Of a stretch of 64,000 bases of DNA, positions 41,137 through 50,451 are shown piece after piece. The DNA comes from Thermodesulfobacteriota bacterium. GTDB lineage: Bacteria > Desulfobacterota_D > UBA1144 > Nemesobacterales > JAJCZQ01. The stretch spans positions 1,792,001-1,856,000 of the forward strand of contig OZ244044.1 in NCBI GenBank assembly GCA_965215275.1. Reading direction: 5' to 3'. Below the pieces are notes generated by a model that was not told the DNA's origin, did no database searches, and saw only the letters and a list, made by a program, of their open reading frames with translations. Numbering within the stretch: position 1 is the stretch's first letter; each line of letters starts with the position of its first letter. Position numbers and translations under genes: made by a program.

Positions 41137-42144
41137 TTAATCGTTAGCGCCAATACCTTTTTCTTTTCTGTAAGTGTCAAGGACCTCTCTTTTAACCGTT
41201 GGATGGAGAGTGAAATCATTTGGCGGTGCGCCCTCTGCAGATGCTTTTACCTCTTCAGGTGAGAGATAGCTGAACTTTGTATCTCCAGCTACTTCGCCCA
41301 GTTGTGAAGGTTCAAGTTTCCAGTCCGTTAAAGCTTCATCGCCAAGACCAAATCTCTTTGTGAGTTTGTTGATCTCTTCAAGTCTGCCTGGCAGCGGACC
41401 TTGAGGCTGGATCAGTCTCAGATCTTCAAGGAGTTTCACCGCTTCCGGGTCCCTGCTGAAGGGATTACCAACTCTTTTCTCAAAGAACATGGTCTCAAAA
41501 GGCGGGCGACATCTCTGACCACCGGCTTCCATGCTTTCTGCTGGATACCCTACGGTCATGAGCCAGCTGAACACATAGGTATCGGGCAGGTTGAACTTTG
41601 ACTTGGTATTTCTTCTTGCTCCGCCGCTGGCACCATTAAGGCAGGTTCCCAGTCCCAGTGCCGTAGCTACCAGTGATGCGTTCTGAATGGCATTCCCCAG
41701 ATCAATTCCCGCAAGCCTGTGCATAATTGCGTCAGGCAGCAGACCCGGCAGGGGGAACAGATTTGATACCCTGTCATACTCCCAGCCATGTGCCTTGTCC
41801 AGTGCTCCGGTCCTCATAAGATCATGGATGGATTGTCCCTGTGTGTCATAATTAGCCATATCGTAGCACCAGAAAATAAGCACAGGTGCCATCTGAGTGG
41901 TTATCTGACTCCAGTCCGAGATAAACTCCCATATTTCAGGGTCTTCATCTCTGTATACTACAATTGCTCTCTGACCATTGAAGTTACCTGCTGATGGTGC
42001 AAGCCTGGAAGCTTCCAGCATTGCCTGGATCTTCCATTTCTCAACCTGTTTATTAGGTTCATACCATCTGATGGACCTTCTGGTGCCAATTGCACTGAAA
42101 GTATCCATTACACTAACTTCGCCGGATGAAGGTAAGTTACTCAT
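41137..42144 (-). CDS. Nitroreductase family protein
   Basis: RRSIRWY, LAPSAGNF, ATALGLGTC and MTVGYP motifs; RBS AAGGAGG. Confidence 0.88.
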   Translation of the reverse strand: MSNLPSSGEVSVMDTFSAIGTRRSIRWYEPNKQVEKWKIQAMLEASRLAPSAGNFNGQRAIVVYRDEDPEIWEFISDWSQITTQMAPVLIFWCYDMANYDTQGQSIHDLMRTGALDKAHGWEYDRVSNLFPLPGLLPDAIMHRLAGIDLGNAIQNASLVATALGLGTCLNGASGGARRNTKSKFNLPDTYVFSWLMTVGYPAESMEAGGQRCRPPFETMFFEKRVGNPFSRDPEAVKLLEDLRLIQPQGPLPGRLEEINKLTKRFGLGDEALTDWKLEPSQLGEVAGDTKFSYLSPEEVKASAEGAPPNDFTLHPTVKREVLDTYRKEKGIGAND

Positions 42145-42198
42145 TCCATGTTTCCTCCTTAATATTTACGAATTTAATTATAAATCTGTTTAAGTATA

Positions 42199-42227
42199 AT
42201 GATATTGTTTTATGGTTCATTTGTCAA
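42199..42227 (-). promoter_or_regulatory. Promoter of the nitroreductase gene
   Basis: TTGACA (42227-42222), 17 nt, TATCAT (42204-42199). Confidence 0.6.
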
Positions 42228-42242
42228 GATGTAAGTAAATTA

Positions 42243-42400
42243 GGGAATTATAAAGGAAAGTTGACAAGTTTACCTTAACTGTTCCGAGTGCAGAGTTCCT
42301 CTATCCCCGATCTCTTTTGATCTGATACTCTTAGCACTCATCGGGAGTATTTCTACCTTATTCCCACCCGATATGAAGTCTCCTTCATCAAGAGTATTGA
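42243..42400 (-). ncRNA. Putative omegaRNA/reRNA scaffold overlapping the tnpB 3' end
   Basis: Nested stems ATACTCTT/AAGAGTAT, ATGAAG-GAGA-CTTCAT and ATCGGG/CCCGAT; potential pseudoknot GAGTGC/GCACTC; boundaries approximate. Confidence 0.6.
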
Positions 42401-43492
42401 TATTTTTACCTGCATTTATGTCCCTGTCTTCTGAATAACCGCAATACATACAGTTAAAAGTCCTGACTGACAGAGGCTGTTTGGGATTTACCTTTCCGCA
42501 TTCAGAACAGGTCCTTGTTGTATAATGAGCTTTAACCAAAACCAGCTTGCCTCCAGCTATCCCGGCTTTGTAAGCAAACTGACGTTTGATCTTGCCCCAT
42601 TGCTGTTCCGTTATGGATTTAGCAAGATGATGGTTCTTTACCATTCCTTGTATATTCAAATCCTCTAATTTTATATGATTACTCTTCTTTACGGTCTCTG
42701 TTGTTAATCTGTGTATAGCATTATTTTCACGATCGGTAGTTCGTTCCCATTCCTTCGCTAACGATAAAACTTTCTTCTTTCTGCTGTCAGAACCTTTTAC
42801 CGCTCTTGAAACAATTCTTTGCTTTCTTTTCAGTTCCTTCCTGTCTATCCTGATACCGGGAATTTTAGTTCCATCTGAAAAAGCTAATCTGTTTGTTATT
42901 CCAAGATCTATTCCTATGGATTTATCCAAAGGTCTCTTCTTCTCATTTGTAAACTCACACAGAAACTGTATCTTTATTCTTAACGAACTCCTGATTATTC
43001 TTATTACAGTTTTAGGTTGCTTTAAAACAACTCCGTCAGGCATACTACCTTTGAAAGATAACCTCCCAGTCCCTTTATCGTTAAATAAGTCCTTCTGCCG
43101 ATCTTTTCAATGTTTTTATAATTGTTTGTTTCAAAACTTCTGACGGGTCTGTTCGGACCTTTATATTTTGGTCTGCCTACCTTTTTTGCTTTCCTGCCAG
43201 CTTTTTTATTCCTTAAATAATTCAGATAGGGACCGTAAGCATTATCCAGCCTTTCCAGAACGCTTCTTTGAGCTACCACGTTAAACTTTTCAAATTCCCT
43301 GTCCTGCTCCCGGACCTCGGTCAGTTCGTTAAACTGCTCGTATTTGGATACGGTTTTTTCATACCAGTCATAAGACCTTAATCTGTGATACAGGGCACCG
43401 TTGTAAAGATCGGTAAGCTGTTGCAGAAATTCATCCAGCCTTTTATGAAATCCACTATCTGCCTTTACAGTTCTTGTAATCGTTCTAACCAT
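42270..43492 (-). pseudogene. tnpB: RNA-guided endonuclease TnpB, split by a 1-nt frameshift near 43062-43077
   Basis: N-half LYNGAL...LERLDNAY...GRPKYK; C-half RuvC IGIDLG / LEDL / DRDINA plus Zn finger CSEC..CMYC; adding one base gives ~407 aa. Confidence 0.9.
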
Positions 43493-43498
43493 ATAATA

Positions 43499-43527
43499 AC
43501 ATTACCTTTTTCTATTCTGTTTGTCAA
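43499..43527 (-). promoter_or_regulatory. Leaderless promoter of tnpB
   Basis: TTGACA (43527-43522), 17 nt, TAATGT (43504-43499), 6 nt, ATG. Confidence 0.65.
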
Positions 43528-43583
43528 TTTTTTCTTGTTAACTTATTTTTGTCAACTTTTCTTTATAATTCCCGTAAATTACA

Positions 43584-43612
43584 TTTACAAAATATATCAG
43601 TTAGTTTAAAAT
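43584..43612 (+). promoter_or_regulatory. Promoter of the thiolase gene
   Basis: TTTACA, 17 nt, TAAAAT; RBS AAGGAG downstream. Confidence 0.6.
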
Positions 43613-43644
43613 TAAACATAATTTCATCAAGGAGAGACTAGATC

Positions 43645-44805
43645 ATGAGCGACCTGAAAGATGTTTATATCATAGGGGTAGGAAACACGGCCTGCGGAAG
43701 ATTTCCAGACAAACCGGCACATATCCTTGCAAGGGAAGCGGCCTGGGCAGCGATCAAGGATGCCGATATTCATCCCCGGAAAATAGAGATTGCTTTTTGT
43801 GGTCATGTTTATCAGGGTATGGGAGTGGGACAGAGAGCACTTAAGGAGATCGGTCTTGTAGGGCAGCCCACTATTAACGTTGAAGGGGCGTGCGGAAGCG
43901 GAACGCTGTCGTTCTGGGAGGCATGGAGGACGGTGGCATATGGCCAGTACGACATAGCACTTGCTCTGGGCGTTGAGAACCTGAGCAGGGTACTGTCTGG
44001 CGGGCCGTTACCGCTTGAAGAGGACGATCTTGAGGTTTCATTAGGTATGGGCATGCCGGGACTTTACGCGATAAGAGCAAAAAAATATATGGATGAATAC
44101 GGGGTTACGATGGAGCAGCTCGCCAAGGTGGTCGTTAAGAGCAGGTACCATGCTTCACTGAACCCGAATGCACAGTACAGAAAGACCACAACGGTCGAAG
44201 AAGTACTTGGAGCTCCGATGATCGCGGACCCGCTCACGCGTAACATGTGCTGTCCCGTTGGTGATGCAGCGGCAGCGGCAGTGCTCGTTTCGGAAGATCT
44301 TCTGGAAGACTATGCCAAAAAACTGCCGATCAAGGTACTGGGCTGTATTGCTCAGTCAGGTAAGTACAGCAGTGCGACCGGTCTTACGTGTGACCCGTCG
44401 GAGAACGTTGTCAGAACGTCGAAACTGGCGTATGAAATGGCGGGATTAGGTCCTGAGGATATGGACCTGGCCGAGATACATGATGCGTTCTCCATTGCCG
44501 AGATGATGGTCGTGGAAGCACTTGGGTTTTGTGAAAAAGGAGAAGGTGCAACGCTGATCGACGAGGAAAGTACCTGGCTGGGAGGAGATAAGGTTGCCGT
44601 TAATCCAAGTGGTGGCCTGTTGTCTCGTGGGCATCCCGTTGGTGCGACCGGACTGCTGCAGACCGCCGAACTGGTGTATCATCTGAGAGGAGATGCCGGT
44701 GAACGTCAGGTTCCGGACGCCAAGGTCGGTATTATAGAAACAATGGGTGGAGCTCAGCCGGCAATGGATGGTATAACGTGCGTTGTCAGCATACTGGGTA
44801 AATAA
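43645..44805 (+). CDS. Thiolase family protein (SCP2-thiolase-like)
   Basis: NVEGACGSG, AEIHDAF and NPSGGLLSRGHPVGATG motifs. Confidence 0.92.
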   Translation: MSDLKDVYIIGVGNTACGRFPDKPAHILAREAAWAAIKDADIHPRKIEIAFCGHVYQGMGVGQRALKEIGLVGQPTINVEGACGSGTLSFWEAWRTVAYGQYDIALALGVENLSRVLSGGPLPLEEDDLEVSLGMGMPGLYAIRAKKYMDEYGVTMEQLAKVVVKSRYHASLNPNAQYRKTTTVEEVLGAPMIADPLTRNMCCPVGDAAAAAVLVSEDLLEDYAKKLPIKVLGCIAQSGKYSSATGLTCDPSENVVRTSKLAYEMAGLGPEDMDLAEIHDAFSIAEMMVVEALGFCEKGEGATLIDEESTWLGGDKVAVNPSGGLLSRGHPVGATGLLQTAELVYHLRGDAGERQVPDAKVGIIETMGGAQPAMDGITCVVSILGK

Positions 44806-44832
44806 ATCAGTTCCCTTAGTTCGTTATTTAAC

Positions 44833-44869
44833 AGAGCCGTGCTGCCAGGAACGTGGTAACACGGCTTTT
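44833..44869 (+). terminator. Intrinsic terminator after the thiolase gene
   Basis: AGCCGTGCTGCCA-loop-TGGTAACACGGCT followed by TTT. Confidence 0.7.
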
Positions 44870-45057
44870 CGTTTTCAGCTGTTATGCCGGTTTTGACAGC
44901 ATTTTTCTGCAGGGACGTATTATCAGGGTAATTTATATAGTTTCAAAGTGAATAACTCTGCTGGATTTTATTGTATAATTGTAAAAAACCACTGATTTCA
45001 ACTGTAAACTATAGAAGTCCTGTATTAATAAATCATATGATCCTCTGATCGTTCGTT

Positions 45058-47286
45058 ATGGCGAAGAATAAAAAACCTATACATAAAGATGGCAGATCCA
45101 CTTTGGTCAGTGAGATACTTTCGGCGATTTTATTTACGACCGGGCTTTTTTCGTACCTGAGCCTGATATTTTACAGTTCAGAATCCGTGTATGACCTTAA
45201 GAACACCATGGGTGCGGTAGGTGTTTTTATTTCCGGGACGTTGGGACACTCGTTCGGAGTTGTTTCCTTTTTGATCCCGTTCGCTATGTTCTGTTCCGCT
45301 TACGTTGTGTTTACGAATAAGCTGCAGGTGATACAGCTTGTAAAGGCGTTGTTCGCCATTATTTTTGTTCTGTCCTTAACGACTTTTGTCGGACTGACCT
45401 TTCAGGGGGACCTCCTTGGATACGAACCGGCCGGTGGTTCGGTCGGGAATTTTCTGGCCTTGAGCATAAAGGATTCATTTGCAGGAACTCTGGGGTCTTA
45501 CATCATAGTAACGGTTTTTCTCCTGTTGAGCCTGATGTTAGTGACCGAGTATAAATTATCCCGTCTTTTTGTTTTATTAAAAGCCCTTACTGTCAGCCTT
45601 ACCAGGACTGCTGTTAATTTAACCGTAAAGATCCCTGAACTTCTGTCCTTTGGAAAAAGCGTTAATGGTAAAACCAGAAGATCAAAGAGCAAAGAGGAAC
45701 AGCCGGCGATTTATTTCAAACGCAGGGACAAGACCGATAAAGCCGTCCTGAGTGATGACGGTGAAGTGGCCTCGTCACCTGAGATCGTGTTGGAACTGGA
45801 TAACGACACCTCAGATCAGAACGGTTCGGGTCAGGTGGACCTGCCACTGAAAAAGGATTTTGAACTTCCTTCTTACAAGCTGCTTGATATGGGTGACGAT
45901 ATCGAGATAAAGGTTGACGAGGAATTTATCTATAAAGAGGCAAAGCTCATTGAGGACAAGCTGAAGGATTTTAACGTTTCGGGCGAAGTGACACAGGTAA
46001 AACCAGGTCCCGCGATCACGATGTTCGAGTACAAACCCGCTCCAGGGGTTAAGATCAGCAAGATCTCTTCTCTGACGAACGACCTTGCAATGGGACTGAG
46101 TGCGTTAAGCGTGAGGATAATTGCACCAATACCCGGCAAGGACGTAATTGGTATTGAAGTTCCAAATCAGAAACGAGATGCAGTTATGATAAGGGACCTG
46201 ATCGAATCCTCTAAATTTATGGAAAAGAGCTCAGCCCTTACTCTTGCACTTGGAAAGGATATTGCAGGCAAGCCATTCTATACCGATCTGAGAAGTGCCC
46301 CTCATTTAATGATCGCCGGGACCACAGGGTCTGGTAAGAGCGTTTTGCTGAACGCAATTCTCGCCAGCCTCGTTTATAAATTAACTCCAAGGGAACTTAA
46401 GTTCATTATGATAGATCCCAAGATGCTTGAACTGTCGATCTACGACGGCATACCTCATTTGCTGCATCCCGTCGTTACAGAACCGGCCAAAGCGGCGGCG
46501 GCACTTAAATGGGCCGTGAACGAGATGGAAAACAGGTACAGGCTGCTTTCCGAGGAAACGGTCAGGGACCTGGAAACCTATAATCAGAAGATCGAAGCCG
46601 AAGACCCTGAAAACAAGTGGGACAGATGGCTTCCCTATATAGTTATTATAATTGACGAACTCGCGGACCTTATGATGGTTGCCCCAAGTGAGATCAAGGA
46701 GTCCATTATCAGACTTTCCCAGAAGGCACGAGCGGCGGGGATCCATCTGATAGTTGCCACTCAGAGACCTTCTGCAGATATTGTGGCCGGGCTCCTGAAA
46801 GCGAACTTTCCTTCCAAGATCTCATTTCACGTGTCATCTAACACCGATTCAAGGATAATACTGGGTAAGGGTGGGGCGGAAAGCCTTCTTGGAAAAGGTG
46901 ACATGCTGTATCTGAAACCAGGGGTTGGTTCACTTATCAGGATCCAGGGAGCTTTAATATCGGACCGGGAGAGAGAAAGGATCACGGAGCATTTAAAGGT
47001 GCAGGGACAACCTGAATATAACAAAAGTATTACGCACATTGAGGATCCCGAGGACGATCAGGATCTCGATGAAGAAAAGGATGAGCTGTATAATGATGCT
47101 CTGAGAGTTGTCGTGGAAACAAAACAGGCTTCTGCGTCCATGCTTCAGAGAAGGCTCAGGATAGGTTATAACAGAGCTGCAAATATAATAGAGATGATGG
47201 AGCGAAAAGGTATCGTGGGTCCGCAGGAATCCGCGGGAAAACCAAGGGAAGTCTATATGGACGCAGATCAGACAGAGAGGCTGTGA
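45058..47286 (+). CDS. ftsK: DNA translocase FtsK
   Basis: 4TM N-domain; AGTTGSGKS, IDELADLMM, ATQRPS; gamma domain LQRRLRIGYNRAA. Confidence 0.97.
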   Translation: MAKNKKPIHKDGRSTLVSEILSAILFTTGLFSYLSLIFYSSESVYDLKNTMGAVGVFISGTLGHSFGVVSFLIPFAMFCSAYVVFTNKLQVIQLVKALFAIIFVLSLTTFVGLTFQGDLLGYEPAGGSVGNFLALSIKDSFAGTLGSYIIVTVFLLLSLMLVTEYKLSRLFVLLKALTVSLTRTAVNLTVKIPELLSFGKSVNGKTRRSKSKEEQPAIYFKRRDKTDKAVLSDDGEVASSPEIVLELDNDTSDQNGSGQVDLPLKKDFELPSYKLLDMGDDIEIKVDEEFIYKEAKLIEDKLKDFNVSGEVTQVKPGPAITMFEYKPAPGVKISKISSLTNDLAMGLSALSVRIIAPIPGKDVIGIEVPNQKRDAVMIRDLIESSKFMEKSSALTLALGKDIAGKPFYTDLRSAPHLMIAGTTGSGKSVLLNAILASLVYKLTPRELKFIMIDPKMLELSIYDGIPHLLHPVVTEPAKAAAALKWAVNEMENRYRLLSEETVRDLETYNQKIEAEDPENKWDRWLPYIVIIIDELADLMMVAPSEIKESIIRLSQKARAAGIHLIVATQRPSADIVAGLLKANFPSKISFHVSSNTDSRIILGKGGAESLLGKGDMLYLKPGVGSLIRIQGALISDRERERITEHLKVQGQPEYNKSITHIEDPEDDQDLDEEKDELYNDALRVVVETKQASASMLQRRLRIGYNRAANIIEMMERKGIVGPQESAGKPREVYMDADQTERL

Positions 47287-47966
47287 AACTGATGACAGGG
47301 GTTTATTATCTGATCATGATCTTTGCATTACTTTTCTCCAGCCAGCCTGTTTTATCGGGCGAGAAGGGTAGACTGGATGAAATTGTTGACAGGGTACAGA
47401 AAAAATATAATGGGATAAGTGATTACCGTGCTGATTTTTTGCAGGAGGCTGAAGTGCGTGCACTTGGCAGGACGCAGAAAGCCTCGGGAGAGGTCTGGCT
47501 TAAAAGACCTGACAAGATGAAATGGGTCTTTCAGGGTCCCACGAAAGAAGTTTACATTTCAGATGGGAATAAAGTGCTTTACTACAATGAACGGGATAAT
47601 CAGCTGCTGGAGACGACGTTTGCCGGAATTAACGGCAATACTGATCCTATGATGCTTCTTTCAGGTTTAGGAGAGATCAGGAAACTGTATAAGATAAGAT
47701 TCGCCGATGATAAAGGTTTACGTGTGAAGAATACCGATCTGCTTGAGCTTATTCCAGATGGAGCGAGCGATAACAAGAGCAGGATCTTTATAAATGTAAA
47801 CAGGTCGAGCTCGCTTGTGGATACGATCCACCTTTTTGATCCGTTCGGTAATCAGACCAGGATCTCACTGTCAGAAGTCCGGACGAATACGGATATCCCG
47901 GACGGCGTTTTTGCTTTTAAATCTCCGAAAGGCACGGAAGTGATAAAGCTGCCCATAAAAAGATGA
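47283..47966 (+). CDS. lolA: Outer-membrane lipoprotein carrier LolA
   Basis: Signal peptide; ADFLQE, WLKRPDKMKW and ISDGNK motifs; ftsK-lolA synteny. Confidence 0.85.
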   Translation: MKLMTGVYYLIMIFALLFSSQPVLSGEKGRLDEIVDRVQKKYNGISDYRADFLQEAEVRALGRTQKASGEVWLKRPDKMKWVFQGPTKEVYISDGNKVLYYNERDNQLLETTFAGINGNTDPMMLLSGLGEIRKLYKIRFADDKGLRVKNTDLLELIPDGASDNKSRIFINVNRSSSLVDTIHLFDPFGNQTRISLSEVRTNTDIPDGVFAFKSPKGTEVIKLPIKR

Positions 47967-48287
47967 CCTAGGGATACTGAAGTATATAAACCCCGAAAAA
48001 AGCGGGAAGCTGAACAGAAGTAACTGTTTACAGTGCCTGTTTTACCTTTTGCAGGTTGATATAATGCAGCAGTCGATATATAATTTCACTTCAGGTTCAT
48101 CTGTTTTTATGGTTATGATCACAAAGGTTGTTTTATGGTGAGGTGAGTTGATATATCAGGTACAATTAATTAAAGGGAATTAAAGGTTATGGGACGTGAA
48201 CGTGCATTTGGCGTTTTTCTTTTCGTTTATAAAGGTATGAACACCTGCACTCATAAGCTGAACGCATTGTACTTTGAGGTATGAGAT

Positions 48288-50435
48288 ATGGATAATGAGG
48301 TTTTAAATAAGATCGATGAAAGGTTACCCGGACCGGTCCTGAAAGAACTGAACGGTTTTAAGGAAGATATAGAGAGATACAGAACCGGACAGATCGGCGA
48401 GGTGAAATTTCAGAAGATAAGGCTTCAGCTCGGAACTTACGCTCAGAGACAGTCGGGAGTTCAGATGCAGAGGATCAAGATCCCCTACGGCAGGGTGACC
48501 TCTGACCAGATGAGAAGACTGTCCGAAGTTTCAGATAAGTACTCCACGGGGTCTATGCACCTGACAACGCGTCAGGACGTACAGCTTTATTATCTGGACC
48601 TGCAAAGCGTTCCGGACATGATGAAGGAACTGGCCGATGCGGGAATAACCACCCGTGAGGCATGTGGAAATACCGTCAGGAACGTAACAGCTTCTCCTTT
48701 CACCGGTGCTTCTCCTAACGACACGTTCGACGTGACACCCTACGCCGAGGCATTTAAAGAATTTATGCTCCGAAACCCTATATGCCAGAATATGGGAAGA
48801 AAGTTCAAAGTGTGCTTTGAGAGTGACCCGGATGTGGATAATGCCGGGATAATGATCCATGATCTGGGATTCAGGGCAGTGATCAAGGAAGCTGACGGCA
48901 GACGACAAAAGGGGTTTCAGTTGTACGTCGGAGGTGGTCTGGGAGCTTCACCTTCGCTGGGTCATCTGTGGAGCAGCTTCGTTCCGGTCGAGGAGATGAT
49001 CCCCCTGTCAACCTCCATAATAAGGGTGTTTGACAGATATGGTGAAAGAAAGGTAAGAATGAAAGCCAGGATGAAGTTCCTGATCCGGAAACTGGGACTT
49101 GACAGGTTCAGAGAACTCGTTGAGGAAGAAAGAGCTAATTTGGAAGTGGATGCTTCATGGAACGACTATTTAAGATATATTTCAGATAACGAGGTCCCGC
49201 CGGATAAAGAGTATGACCTTGAACCTGTCTCGGGTTCCATTAAGGATGATCCCGATTTTCTGGACTGGAAAGCGGCAAATGTCTCTCCTGCCGGGACCGA
49301 AGGATACTCAGTTGTAACCATCAAGATAAAGCTCGGGGACGTTTCCTCTGATTCAGGCAGATTTCTGGCCGATACAGCCGACAGGTACGCAGATGGGAAC
49401 TTGAGGATAACGATACAGCAGAACCTTCTTATAAGGTGGGTTCCGAATGAAGCAGTACCTTCTCTTTACACTGCTTTGAAAAGTAATGACCTTGCTGACC
49501 CGGGTGCGGATTCGTTCAGGGATATAACCGCCTGTCCAGGTGCCGATACGTGCCGTCTGGGAATTACGTCCGCTAAAGGTCTTGCAACCGAGCTTGCCGG
49601 TCTTATGAATAACGGTCTTGGGAAATATAAACAGACGTGCAAGGACCTGAAGATAAAGATCTCAGGATGTCCTAATTCCTGTGCACAGCACGTTGCGGCA
49701 AGTATAGGTTTCCAGGGAGCTTCCATTACCAAGGACGGAAGATCGGTGCCTGCCGTGATGCTGTTTCTGGGAGGAGGGCTTTACGGGGACGATACACGGC
49801 TTGCGATGCCGATAGGTAAAGTTCCGACAAGAAATGCACCTGAGGTAGTGAACAGGTTGCTTGAGATGTATGAAAATGATAAGGAGAACGGGGAGCATTT
49901 TGATCTTTACGTCAGGAGACTGGGCAGCAAAGCCATTAAAACTGTCCTGAAAGAGTACAGTGATATTCCTTCTTATGAGGATGATCCTGATTTTTACAGG
50001 GATTGGGGGTATGAAGAGGAAAAATTTGAATTACAGCAGGGAGTTAAAGGAGAATGTGCCGGAGTAACGGTTGAAGAAAAAACTCCCACTTTTGCTGACT
50101 CCGAGAAGAGGTTTGAGCAGGCTCAGGCGTTCTTTATTCACGGAGAGTATGAAGACTGCATTAATGAACTCTATCTTGCGTGTTCTGACAGTGCTCATGT
50201 ACCGCTTTATGCAAAACTTGTTGATCCGTTTACCCCTGAGCAGACGATCTGGGAGTTTGAGAACATTCTTGTAAGAACCGGTGATGCAGATAAAAGATGG
50301 ATGAACGTTTCAAAGACCTTCACTGATTACAGAACGGGCAGCTACGGTCCTGAAGATGCAGTTAAGTTCCTTGAACTGGCAAAAGATTTTAATACCGAAT
50401 GCAGAAGAGTTCATTCTGAACTGACCAAAGGGTGA
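48288..50435 (+). CDS. Siroheme nitrite/sulfite reductase with C-terminal extension
   Basis: HLTTRQDVQ, ACGNTVRNV, GRKFKV and CPGADTC...SGCPNSC (4Fe-4S/siroheme ligands). Confidence 0.92.
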   Translation: MDNEVLNKIDERLPGPVLKELNGFKEDIERYRTGQIGEVKFQKIRLQLGTYAQRQSGVQMQRIKIPYGRVTSDQMRRLSEVSDKYSTGSMHLTTRQDVQLYYLDLQSVPDMMKELADAGITTREACGNTVRNVTASPFTGASPNDTFDVTPYAEAFKEFMLRNPICQNMGRKFKVCFESDPDVDNAGIMIHDLGFRAVIKEADGRRQKGFQLYVGGGLGASPSLGHLWSSFVPVEEMIPLSTSIIRVFDRYGERKVRMKARMKFLIRKLGLDRFRELVEEERANLEVDASWNDYLRYISDNEVPPDKEYDLEPVSGSIKDDPDFLDWKAANVSPAGTEGYSVVTIKIKLGDVSSDSGRFLADTADRYADGNLRITIQQNLLIRWVPNEAVPSLYTALKSNDLADPGADSFRDITACPGADTCRLGITSAKGLATELAGLMNNGLGKYKQTCKDLKIKISGCPNSCAQHVAASIGFQGASITKDGRSVPAVMLFLGGGLYGDDTRLAMPIGKVPTRNAPEVVNRLLEMYENDKENGEHFDLYVRRLGSKAIKTVLKEYSDIPSYEDDPDFYRDWGYEEEKFELQQGVKGECAGVTVEEKTPTFADSEKRFEQAQAFFIHGEYEDCINELYLACSDSAHVPLYAKLVDPFTPEQTIWEFENILVRTGDADKRWMNVSKTFTDYRTGSYGPEDAVKFLELAKDFNTECRRVHSELTKG

Positions 50436-50451
50436 TCTTATCGGTATTGAT

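Larger units (their letters stand above)
42243..43573 (-). mobile_element. Non-autonomous TIR element (IS1595-like ends) carrying only tnpB
   Basis: 25-bp TIRs GGGAATTATAAAG(G/A)AAAGTTGACAA at 42243-42267 and 43549-43573; 8-bp TSD GTAAATTA at 42235-42242 and 43574-43581; no transposase inside. Confidence 0.92.

Noticed and set aside
42100..43700. CRISPR array near tnpB (Cas12f-like system)
   Set aside because: No repeat-spacer array; only TIRs and three short subterminal repeats
48189..48284. 31-codon ORF or possible riboswitch upstream of the sulfite reductase
   Set aside because: No SAM or other riboswitch consensus visible, no Cys-rich leader pattern, weak RBS
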